Origin: Roseomonas genomospecies 6
GTDB taxonomy: Bacteria > Pseudomonadota > Alphaproteobacteria > Azospirillales > Azospirillaceae
NCBI RefSeq assembly: GCF_008365375.1
Contig: NZ_QOKW01000029.1
Location: forward strand, 44,366 to 84,365
Direction: 5' to 3'
DNA: 40,000 bases
Shown here: positions 15,169-22,626 of the stretch, piece after piece
Numbering within the stretch: the stretch's first letter is position 1
Layout: each line of letters starts with the position of its first letter
The notes under the pieces: model-generated
Database searches by the model: none
What the model was told of the DNA's origin: nothing
The model's input: only the letters and a program-made list of their open reading frames with translations
Translations under genes and position numbers: made by a program

Positions 15169-15965
15169 CCCGGCTGCTGGCGAGCGTCGCAACCCTTGAT
15201 GAATTGGCCGTCGCCGCGCGGGGCGGGGCGGACATCCTGGATTTGAAAGACCCTAAGGCCGGAGCCCTGGGCGCATGGCCGCTGGACGGCATCGCCCACG
15301 CCGTGGCCGCAGCCCGCCTGTGGCCCGTCCGCCCGCCGCTGAGCGCCACCGTGGGCGACCTGCCCATGGACCCCGCGGCGGTGACGGAACGCGTGGCCGA
15401 CACCTGGGCCTGCGGTGTCGATTACGTGAAGATCGGGCTGTCGCCGGACGGCGATCCGGCGGGCTGCGTGGCCGCGCTGGCGCCGCAGGCGCGGCGGGGC
15501 GCCCGCATCGTCGCGGTGTTGTTCGCCGACCAATGGGACGACGCCAACCGCCTGCTTCCCGGCGTCGCGCGGGCCGGCTTCGCCGGGGCCATGCTCGACA
15601 CCGCCGGAAAGGGTGCGGGAGGATTGCTGCGGCACAAGACGCCCGACGAGTTGGCGCGCTTCGTGGAGCAGGCGCGCCGCCTCGGCCTGCTCACCGGTTT
15701 GGCCGGTTCGCTGAGGCTGGAGGACATCCCGGCGCTGCTGCCGCTCGCCCCCGACTATCTGGGCTTCCGCACGGCGCTTTGCGCCGGCGCGGACCGGGGC
15801 GGCGCGCTGGACCCGACCGCGCTCGCCGCGATCCGCGACGCCATTGCATTCGACATTGATCCCTCTCCCGTCTCGGGAGAGGGTGCCTGCGAAGCAGGCT
15901 CTCGCGCTGGCTGGAAGCCAGCGCTGACGCGGCAGGCGGACCTTCGGTCCGCCGAGAGCGGGTGA
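15165..15965 (+). CDS. mfnB: (5-formylfuran-3-yl)methyl phosphate synthase (MfnB, DUF556)
   Basis: GTGA overlap. Motifs: LLASVATLDELAVAARGGADILDLKDP, DYVKIG, AMLDTAGKGAGGLL, GLAGSL. The last ~35 codons run into the REP-like element at 15861 and are probably not ancestral. Confidence 0.8.
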   Translation: MTRLLASVATLDELAVAARGGADILDLKDPKAGALGAWPLDGIAHAVAAARLWPVRPPLSATVGDLPMDPAAVTERVADTWACGVDYVKIGLSPDGDPAGCVAALAPQARRGARIVAVLFADQWDDANRLLPGVARAGFAGAMLDTAGKGAGGLLRHKTPDELARFVEQARRLGLLTGLAGSLRLEDIPALLPLAPDYLGFRTALCAGADRGGALDPTALAAIRDAIAFDIDPSPVSGEGACEAGSRAGWKPALTRQADLRSAESG

Positions 15966-16060
15966 GGGTCGCACGAGAATCAAGGCGCTGAGCCGTGCCA
16001 ACACCCTCACCCTTCCCGCGCGTTGCGCGGGCCCCTTCCCTCTCCCGGGGCGGGAGAGGG
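15861..16060. repeat. REP-like nested-palindrome element (long form) at the convergent junction
   Basis: CCCTCTCCCgtctcGGGAGAGGG + TGCCTGCGAAGCAGGC + GGTGAGGGT...ACCCTCACC + CCCTCTCCCggggcGGGAGAGGG. Extra internal hairpins: GCGCTGGCTggaAGCCAGCGC, GGCGGACCttcGGTCCGCC, CCCGCGCgttGCGCGGG. The architecture matches 18503-18622. Confidence 0.75.
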
Positions 16061-16090
16061 TATGTTGAACGCGATTACCGGGACGAGCGT

Positions 16091-16528
16091 CTATTGCCCC
16101 GACCCCTGCTTCGGCGGCTCGGACGTGTTGTTGCCCCCCTGCGAAACGGAGCCGCCGCCGATGGTGCCCTGCCGCTGCCCAGCCAGGGAGTTGTCCGGCA
16201 GCGCACCCGACGTACCGCCGGAAGCGCCGCCAGTGGCGCCGGGAGCCGTGGAACCGGACGTGGAACCGGACGTGCCGCTCTGCGCGCCGCCTTGGGTGGT
16301 CGTGCCGCCGATGGTGCCCTGCCGCTGTCCGGGCAAGGAGTTGTCCGGCAGGGCGCCGGTCGATGGGCTGGTGCTTTGGCTGCCGGTTCCCTGGGTCGCG
16401 GCGCCACCCGTCGTGGATTGGGCCGTCGTGGATTGGGCCGTCGTGGACTGGGCGGACGCCGGAACCGTCGCGGCGGCCACGGCCAGGGCCAGCACGGACG
16501 CGCCGGCCAGGATGTGCAGTTGATTCAT
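16091..16528 (-). CDS. Secreted low-complexity Ser/Thr/Gly/Gln-rich repeat protein (145 aa)
   Basis: ATG at 16528 with GAGGA RBS. Signal peptide MNQLHILAGASVLALAVAAATVPASA, then QSTTA x3 (15-nt tandem repeat at 16409-16453) and two copies of GALPDNSLxGQRQGTIGG. Third-position GC is high in this frame. Confidence 0.6.
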   Translation of the reverse strand: MNQLHILAGASVLALAVAAATVPASAQSTTAQSTTAQSTTGGAATQGTGSQSTSPSTGALPDNSLPGQRQGTIGGTTTQGGAQSGTSGSTSGSTAPGATGGASGGTSGALPDNSLAGQRQGTIGGGSVSQGGNNTSEPPKQGSGQ

Positions 16529-16569
16529 GGGACAAATCCTCGCTTGGTGTTGGGAGATCGTGACGGCAC

Positions 16570-16752
16570 TCACCGCTCGTCCTTCGCGCTCCGGTTCCGG
16601 CGCGATGCCTCCCCCATGTGCCCGATGTCGTCCTTCGCCTGCTTGTCCCGCCCGGCGTCCTGCGGTTCGTCCTTCTTGAAGTCCTGCTTGCTGCCGAGAA
16701 CGCTCTTCTCGCCGCGGGGCTGGTCCTGATCCTTGTCGGATTTTGCGGTCAT
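16570..16752 (-). CDS. Small (60 aa) highly charged D/K/Q-rich hypothetical protein
   Basis: ATG at 16752 with strong GGAGGA RBS. Sequence: MTAKSDKDQDQPRGEKSVLGSKQDFKKDEPQDAGRDKQAKDDIGHMGEASRRNRSAKDER. There is no signal peptide, and third-position GC is high. Confidence 0.5.
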   Translation of the reverse strand: MTAKSDKDQDQPRGEKSVLGSKQDFKKDEPQDAGRDKQAKDDIGHMGEASRRNRSAKDER

Positions 16753-16839
16753 GACGTTTTCCTCCACCCGACCCGCCCGGCGGGATGACCGGACGGTCGT
16801 CTCATCCGTCAACCGGAGGTCGCCCGCCGCGGTTCCGAC

Positions 16840-17655
16840 TTACCCCTGTTCCGCCGGGCCGCCGCGGCGGGCCCAGAAGCCACGCCCCGGATCGTAGGCG
16901 AGGATCGCCGCCCCCAGGAACAGGGCGAGGCAAGCGGCCACGGCCAGGAAGGCCGTGCCGTTGAATTGCAGGTACAGCGCGAAGCGGATCAGCTCGACGG
17001 CCTGCGTGAAGGGGTTGACCTCGGCGATCCAGGCGAGCGTCGGGCTGCCCTCGCGGATGCGCCACAGCGGGTAGAGCGCCGAGGAGGCGAAGAACATCGG
17101 GAAGATGACGAAGTTCATCACGCCCGCGAAATTCTCCAATTGCCGAATGAAGGAGGACAGCAGAAGGCCGAGCGCCCCCAGCATCAGCCCGCTCAGCACC
17201 AAGGCCGGCAACACGGCGAGGTAGCCGAGTTCGGGCGGCTGGACGTTCCAGAGGCGGGCGATGGCGAAGAAGACGTAGACCTGGGCGATCGACACCAGCA
17301 CGCCGGCCAGCAGCTTGCAGACCAGCAGGTACCAGCGCGGCAGCGGGCTGACCAGCAGGGTCTTCATGCTGCCCGTCTCCCGGTCGTAGACCATGGACAG
17401 CGAACTCTGCATGCCGTTGAAGAGCTGGATCATGCCGACCAGCCCCGGCGTCACGTAATCCTCGTACAGGATGTAGGTCTCGTAGGGCGGAATGATCGAC
17501 AGGCCGAGCACCGCGCGGAAGCCCACCGCGAAGATGCCCAGCCAGACCAGCGGTCGCACCAGGGCGGCGAAGAACCGCTCGCGCTGGTGCACGAAGCGCA
17601 GCCCCTCGCGGACGATGATCGCGCGCAGGCACCGCCAGTAGAGCGTCGCGTTCAT
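16840..17655 (-). CDS. ABC-2 type permease of the PQQ-dehydrogenase-associated (PedC/LutF-type) transporter
   Basis: ATGA overlaps the ATPase stop. It has about six hydrophobic segments and an ABC-2 pattern (NPFT..VE.IR). Confidence 0.85.
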   Translation of the reverse strand: MNATLYWRCLRAIIVREGLRFVHQRERFFAALVRPLVWLGIFAVGFRAVLGLSIIPPYETYILYEDYVTPGLVGMIQLFNGMQSSLSMVYDRETGSMKTLLVSPLPRWYLLVCKLLAGVLVSIAQVYVFFAIARLWNVQPPELGYLAVLPALVLSGLMLGALGLLLSSFIRQLENFAGVMNFVIFPMFFASSALYPLWRIREGSPTLAWIAEVNPFTQAVELIRFALYLQFNGTAFLAVAACLALFLGAAILAYDPGRGFWARRGGPAEQG

Positions 17656-18446
17656 CCCTGCACCCCCGTCTCCGTCAGCCGCGCGAAGGCTTGACCCAAG
17701 GTCGCGGAACCGGTGGCGGCGCACAGTTCCTCCACCAGCCCGGCGGCCAGCACGCGCCCGCGGTGCAGCACCACCACGCCGTCGCCGTCGCGCGCCTCGT
17801 CGATCAGATGGGTCGCCCAGAGCACGGCCAGCCCCCGTTCCCGGCAGAGGTCGTGCACATGGTCGAGCACCTGCCGGCGCAGCTCAATGTCCAGCCCGAC
17901 GGTCGGCTCGTCCAGCAGCAGCAGGCTCGGGCGGTGAAGCAGCGCGCGGGCGATCTCCACCCGCCGCCGCTGCCCGCCCGACAGGGTGCGAACCCGCTCG
18001 TCCGCGCGCTCGGCCAAGCCGATGCGGGCCAGTTCCTCACCCGCCCGCGCCTCGATCTCGGCAGGCGCCAGACCGTGCAGCCCGCCGTGGTAGCGCAGGT
18101 TCTGGATGACGGTCAGGTCCGGGTCGAGCGTCGGCTGCTGGAACACCACGCCGATGCGCGCCAGCGCCTGGGTGGGGTGCCGGCGCATGTCGAAGCCGAA
18201 GACCCGGATGCTGCCCCGGCGGGTGTTGTAGATCCGCGTGATCAGGGAGAACAGCGTCGTCTTTCCGGCTCCGTTGAGCCCCAGCAGCACGGCGAACCGC
18301 CCCGCGGGAATGCCGAACGACACGTCGTCCAGGACCGTCCGCTTCCCGAAGCTGTGGCTCAGCCCCTCGACCGCCAGGACCGGGTCCGCGACGGGCTCGC
18401 CGGAAATGGCGCGCGGATCGGAAGCCGCCGTTTCGAAACAGGCCAT
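17652..18446 (-). CDS. ABC transporter ATP-binding protein (PedB/LutE-type)
   Basis: Walker A GLNGAGKTT, signature LSGGQRRR, Walker B LLLLDEPTVGLD, H-loop ATH. Confidence 0.9.
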   Translation of the reverse strand: MACFETAASDPRAISGEPVADPVLAVEGLSHSFGKRTVLDDVSFGIPAGRFAVLLGLNGAGKTTLFSLITRIYNTRRGSIRVFGFDMRRHPTQALARIGVVFQQPTLDPDLTVIQNLRYHGGLHGLAPAEIEARAGEELARIGLAERADERVRTLSGGQRRRVEIARALLHRPSLLLLDEPTVGLDIELRRQVLDHVHDLCRERGLAVLWATHLIDEARDGDGVVVLHRGRVLAAGLVEELCAATGSATLGQAFARLTETGVQG

Positions 18447-18502
18447 GCCGTCTCCATCGCCGGGAGATTGGTGCGTTCGCTTAAATAGCCCTCATTAATT
18501 AG

Positions 18503-18622
18503 CCCTCTCCCCCCTGGGGAGAGGGTGCCCGCGAAGCGGGCGGTGAGGGGGTTGCGCTTTTGCCGGACGCACCAACACGCGCAACCCCCTCACCCTAACC
18601 CTCTCCCCGGAGGGGAGAGGGG
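18503..18622. repeat. REP-like nested-palindrome element (compact form) inside the transporter operon
   Basis: CCCTCTCCCccctGGGGAGAGGG + TGCCCGCGAAGCGGGC + GTGAGGGGGTTGCGC-N21-GCGCAACCCCCTCAC + CCCTCTCCCCggaGGGGAGAGGG. It lies between the beta-propeller stop (18640) and the ATPase start (18446). Confidence 0.8.
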
Positions 18623-18639
18623 ACATTGCCCTCCCCCGC

Positions 18640-19620
18640 TCACGGCTTGACGATCACGCCCCAGGGCGCGCCGCCGACCGCGATCGACTTCACGACCCGT
18701 CCGCGCTCCAAATCCATCACCGACATGTCGTTGCTGACGCCGTTCGTCGAATAGAGGCGCTTCTCGTCCGGCGACAAAGCCAGGTTCCAGACCCGCTGGC
18801 CGACGAGATGGTAGCGCTTCACCTCGTAGGTCTTGGCGTCGATCTCGGCCACCCGGTTGGCGGGGCCGAGGGCGACGAAGGCCCGGTTCCCGTCGCTGGT
18901 GAGCTGGATGCCGACGGGCTGGATCGACTCGCGCGGGACGCCCTGGACGGCGAAGGCGATCTTGTGCACGACCTTGCGCGACGCCGCGTCGATGATGCTG
19001 ACGGTCCCGCCGATCTCCGACGACACCCAGACGAACCGCCCGTCCGCCGTGAACTGCGCGACACGCGGGCGCGCATCGACCAGAACGTTGTCGATGATCT
19101 TGTGCGACTCCGTGTCGATGAAATGCGCCATGTTGGTCGTCTCGGACGTGTTCACCAGAAGCTTGCCGTCCGGGCTGACGCCCATGCCTTCCGGCTCGAC
19201 CCCCACCTGGATCTCGCCGACGATCTTCTTGGTTGGGATGTCCACCACCGAGACCATGTTGTCGTCCTCGTTGGCGACGTAGAGCCGGTGCCCCTGCGGG
19301 TCCAGGACGAACAGCTCCGGATCGGGGCCGGACGGCAGCCGGTCCACGACTTTCTGAGACGCCACGTCGATGACGTCGATCCGGTTGTCGTCGCCGACGC
19401 AGACGAAGATTTGCGTCATGTCCTCGTTGAAGGTGATGCCGCGGGGCCGGCGCCCCACCTTGATCGTGGCGACCACCTCCAGCTTGCCGCCGTCCACCAC
19501 CGAGACCGTGTTGCTCTTCTCGTTCGACACGAAGATCGTGTCCGCCTGCGCGGACGAAGCAACGGCGAAGCCCAGCAACGCCAAGGCGCCGATCCGGGCG
19601 GTTCCTCCAATCGACAGCAT
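18640..19620 (-). CDS. YVTN-repeat beta-propeller protein (PQQ-catabolism-associated, PedA2-type)
   Basis: ATG at 19620 with GGGAGGG RBS and a signal peptide ending SAQA. Repeated units: VSVVD...P.G....DG..LYV.N. Confidence 0.85.
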   Translation of the reverse strand: MLSIGGTARIGALALLGFAVASSAQADTIFVSNEKSNTVSVVDGGKLEVVATIKVGRRPRGITFNEDMTQIFVCVGDDNRIDVIDVASQKVVDRLPSGPDPELFVLDPQGHRLYVANEDDNMVSVVDIPTKKIVGEIQVGVEPEGMGVSPDGKLLVNTSETTNMAHFIDTESHKIIDNVLVDARPRVAQFTADGRFVWVSSEIGGTVSIIDAASRKVVHKIAFAVQGVPRESIQPVGIQLTSDGNRAFVALGPANRVAEIDAKTYEVKRYHLVGQRVWNLALSPDEKRLYSTNGVSNDMSVMDLERGRVVKSIAVGGAPWGVIVKP

Positions 19621-19657
19621 GATGTTCCCTCCCATGTACGGCCCTTGCGCGGGCCTT

Positions 19658-19691
19658 GTTTTCAGCGATTCCGGGTTTTCAGCGATTCCGG
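19658..19691. repeat. Tandem 17-bp duplication covering the stop codon of the substrate-binding protein gene
   Basis: GTTTTCAGCGATTCCGG x2 (19658-19674 and 19675-19691). The functional TGA (tca, 19679-19681) lies in the second copy. Confidence 0.8.
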
Positions 19692-20866
19692 CACCGGCTT
19701 TCGGGCCGGTCGTCGCCGAGCGTGTCGAGTTCCGAGAACTGGTGCAGGAAGCCCGGCTGCGGCGACACCGAGACGAGCACCCGCGGCCCGGCCAGCAGCA
19801 CGGGCTGCCGAAGCTGCCCGTCCCAGTCGCGGAAGGTCAGCCCCTGCCCCTTGAAGGCCGGCAGCGCGAAATCCGGGCCGCGCACGAAGGCGGCCAGCGC
19901 CGCCGGGTCTGCGGAGCGGGTGCGTGTCGCGGCCTCGCCCACCGCGCGGACCGCCATCCAGGCGGTGTAGTCGCGTGGGCGCATCCAGCGCCCGGCCTGC
20001 CGCTCGAAGCGGCTGTGGATCTGCGTCGCCCCCCACTGCTCGTGCACCCGCGACCACGCCGTCGGGACGAGCCCGTGGGTGCCGGCCACCGGGCGGGGCA
20101 GCCATGTCTGGTAGAGGAGATACTCGCCGAACCCGTCCGCCTCGTCGGCGACGACCAGCACGTCGTGCTCGGCGCCCTGGGTGAAAGTGAGAATCTCCGA
20201 CTGGACGGTCACGTGGCCGGTGTCGACGCGGCGGTTCGCGTCCTCGAAGGTCCAGCGCTTCTCCTCCACGATCCGGGCGCGGTAGCGTTTGGCGGCGGCG
20301 CGGATCGCGTCGGCGTAGGCCGCGTCCTCCGGCGTCCGCCCAACCACCAGCAGCCAGTTCATCCACTTCCGCGACGTCAGATACTGGGCCAGCGCATCCG
20401 CCTGCATCCGCCGGCTGGGCGTCAGGTGCAGCAGGTTGGCGCGGCAGCGCTCGTTGCGCAGGCCGTCATCCGGCGCGCGGGTGTTGAAGACCAGCATGTC
20501 GCCCGCCTCCGGCGCCGCCGCCGCGGCGAGCAGCGCGTCCTCCCTCAGGTCGGCGACGAGCAGGCGGATTCCCTGCCCGGCGAGGTCGCGCACGGCGTCC
20601 TCGACGCGCCCGTCCTCCGGCACCGTCACCTCGACCAGTTCGAAGCTCTGGCCGAGGAACCGTCCGGTCGTGTTGTTGTCGGCGATGGCGAGGCGGGCGC
20701 CCTGCACCCCTTCGTCCTCCGACACAGGTTCGAGGAAGGTCTGGGGAATCCGCGGCTCCTCCGCGCGGGTCAGGTAACCGATCCGGATCACCATCGGGTC
20801 GGCGCCCCAGGCGGGCATGCCGGCCAGGAATGCCCAGGCGACGATCAGAAGGGGGGCAACCCTCAT
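19679..20866 (-). CDS. Periplasmic substrate-binding protein of the PQQ-alcohol-dehydrogenase-associated ABC system (PedA1/LutA-type)
   Basis: ATG at 20866 with GGAGGG 6 nt upstream. Signal peptide MRVAPLLIVAWAFLAGMPAWG. Type-I (LivJ-like) binding-protein pattern: IRIGYL...ADNNTTG... Confidence 0.8.
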   Translation of the reverse strand: MRVAPLLIVAWAFLAGMPAWGADPMVIRIGYLTRAEEPRIPQTFLEPVSEDEGVQGARLAIADNNTTGRFLGQSFELVEVTVPEDGRVEDAVRDLAGQGIRLLVADLREDALLAAAAAPEAGDMLVFNTRAPDDGLRNERCRANLLHLTPSRRMQADALAQYLTSRKWMNWLLVVGRTPEDAAYADAIRAAAKRYRARIVEEKRWTFEDANRRVDTGHVTVQSEILTFTQGAEHDVLVVADEADGFGEYLLYQTWLPRPVAGTHGLVPTAWSRVHEQWGATQIHSRFERQAGRWMRPRDYTAWMAVRAVGEAATRTRSADPAALAAFVRGPDFALPAFKGQGLTFRDWDGQLRQPVLLAGPRVLVSVSPQPGFLHQFSELDTLGDDRPESRCRNR

Positions 20867-20956
20867 CACAGACCCTCCGGTGCGCTCGGCGGGAAGCCTC
20901 GGTCAGGCGAGACGATCTCAGATTGTGGCTTGGCAGCGCCGGACACGCCATGCCTT

Positions 20957-21715
20957 CTAAAGGATGAGCACTTCTCCGATCCCCTCCACCGAACGGTCGC
21001 CGACGAGGCGCCGGGCACGGGTGCCGGTGGCCGGGAACCCGGCGGGCCACGCCCCTTCATCCATCAGTTCCTTCCGCATCAGCTCCAGGAACAGCCAGTC
21101 GTTCAAGCCGCCGTCGACGAAGCCGGACGGAACGGCCTCCGGCGCTCGCGACAGCAGGATGGACCCGCGGCGCATGGCCTGCCCCAGGCCGGGACCGCAA
21201 GCGGCACCGACGACGATGGTTCCCGCGATCATCCGGGCGCCGCACAGGCTCCCCACCCGCCCTTGGACGGCAATCAGCCCCCGCCGCATCCGCTCGCCCA
21301 CGCGGTCCCCGGCGTTGCCTCCGACGACGACGGAGCCCCCGCTCATGCCGCGCGTGCCGCCGGCCAGCGGTGCTCCCAGAAAATCTCCGGCATCCCCGGC
21401 GATGCGCAGGCGCCCGCCGGCCATCTCGGCGCCGGCGAAGGCGCCGCAATCCCCCTCCACCAGGATCTCCCCCGCCGTCATACCCGCTCCCACCCCGTCG
21501 AGCGCGATGCCGCCGGGCCGCAGGATCAGGGCTCCGGAAGGGCCGCCGTCCTGCAAGGTGAACAGAGTGTCCAGCCGATGGCGGCGGCGCCCGCGGACCA
21601 GCATCAGCCCGGCCAGCGCCTCCCGCCCGCCCTCGGCGAGCCGTTCCGGAAGCACGCCCGTCATGTCGATGGGCGGACCGTCCGGATCGCGGGGGATGAG
21701 GATGACGCCGCTCAT
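20957..21715 (-). CDS. fhcC: Formyltransferase/hydrolase complex subunit C (formylmethanofuran dehydrogenase subunit C homolog)
   Basis: Repeated G-rich beta-helix motifs: G.I.VEGD.G...G..M.GG.L.I.GDAGD, GG.VVV.GNAGDR.G..MRRG.I. Confidence 0.9.
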   Translation of the reverse strand: MSGVILIPRDPDGPPIDMTGVLPERLAEGGREALAGLMLVRGRRRHRLDTLFTLQDGGPSGALILRPGGIALDGVGAGMTAGEILVEGDCGAFAGAEMAGGRLRIAGDAGDFLGAPLAGGTRGMSGGSVVVGGNAGDRVGERMRRGLIAVQGRVGSLCGARMIAGTIVVGAACGPGLGQAMRRGSILLSRAPEAVPSGFVDGGLNDWLFLELMRKELMDEGAWPAGFPATGTRARRLVGDRSVEGIGEVLIL

Positions 21716-22626
21716 GCCATCACCTCATGCAGGCGGAACTGGTAGCGGCCGAGCTTGCCGCCGTAGTTGCCGGCGGTGACCGACACCACCCCTCCGGCGG
21801 CGCCCAGCCCTACGACGGCGGCGATGCCCGCACGCATGGCGGCGGCGACCGCCTCCGCGCTGACGCCGTCGATCACCAGTTCGAGGATGGATTCCACGCC
21901 TTCGGGCACCAGAGACGCGGGCGCCGCCGCCCGCAGGGTCGGGCAGAAGGCCGTGTTGGTTGAGGCGATCAGCCCCTTGTACTTGCCGCCGATCTTGGAG
22001 CCGGAGCGGACCACCCCGCCGGGAAAGGGAAGGATGGCCCCCGGCAATTCGCGGATCGCCATGACCGCCGCCTGCGCCGCCGCCAGCCCGGCACGGCGGT
22101 CGGCGGCCAGGATGATGAAGTTGCCGCCGCCGACGCCGTCCACCGTCCCGGTGGCTGCCTCGCACAGGAACTCGCCGTCCATCACCGGAATGCGCCAGTA
22201 ACGCCGGGTGCCGACCCGCTTGGCGATCTGCCAGCCGTCGCCGAAGTAGCGCAGTGCGTTGCCGAGCGGGATTGTCTGCCCGCTTCCCGGAGCCCCCTCC
22301 CGCAGCCCCGCGTAGCAGGCCGTCCCCGGACAGGTCATCACGCATTGCCCGACGCGGCGCGCCACCTGCTTCGCCAGTTCCGCCTTGGACATGGCGAACA
22401 GCAGCACCGCGGCGCCGGGGCGGGCGTCCGGTGTCTCGCCCGGCGGCAGCGGGCGCTCCATCGCCGCTTCGCAGCCGCAGGCGATGACCGAGGTGGCGAA
22501 GCCCGTCATGCTGACCACCGCCGCCTGGACCCAGGCCGGGGTGTCGGCGGTGACGATCAGCCGCGTGCCGAGCATGGGGAAGGCTTCGGCAAAGGTGTCC
22601 TCGATGTGGACGCCGTTGAGCCGCAT
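21712..22626 (-). CDS. fhcD: Formylmethanofuran--tetrahydromethanopterin formyltransferase homolog
   Basis: ATG at 22626 shares one base with the fhcA stop (TGATG). Starts MRLNGVHIEDTFAEAFPMLGTRLIVTA, followed by the Ftr-like core. Confidence 0.9.
   Translation of the reverse strand: MRLNGVHIEDTFAEAFPMLGTRLIVTADTPAWVQAAVVSMTGFATSVIACGCEAAMERPLPPGETPDARPGAAVLLFAMSKAELAKQVARRVGQCVMTCPGTACYAGLREGAPGSGQTIPLGNALRYFGDGWQIAKRVGTRRYWRIPVMDGEFLCEAATGTVDGVGGGNFIILAADRRAGLAAAQAAVMAIRELPGAILPFPGGVVRSGSKIGGKYKGLIASTNTAFCPTLRAAAPASLVPEGVESILELVIDGVSAEAVAAAMRAGIAAVVGLGAAGGVVSVTAGNYGGKLGRYQFRLHEVMA

Noticed and set aside
16023-16523. 166-aa plus-strand ORF (Pro/Val/Cys-rich) opposite the secreted Ser/Thr-rich protein
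   Set aside because: It starts inside the REP-like element and has no RBS. The minus-strand frame has a GAGGA RBS, a canonical signal peptide with an AxA site and high third-position GC. I therefore chose the minus strand. The low-complexity nature leaves some residual doubt.
16570-16752. Reading the D-x-D-x-D run (DKDQDQPRGEKS) of the 60-aa protein as an EF-hand or lanmodulin-like lanthanide site
   Set aside because: The 12-residue EF-loop consensus is not met: there is no Gly at position 6, no hydrophobic residue at position 8 and no Glu at position 12. There are also no flanking helices. It is kept only as a speculative metal-binding idea in the findings, not as an annotation.
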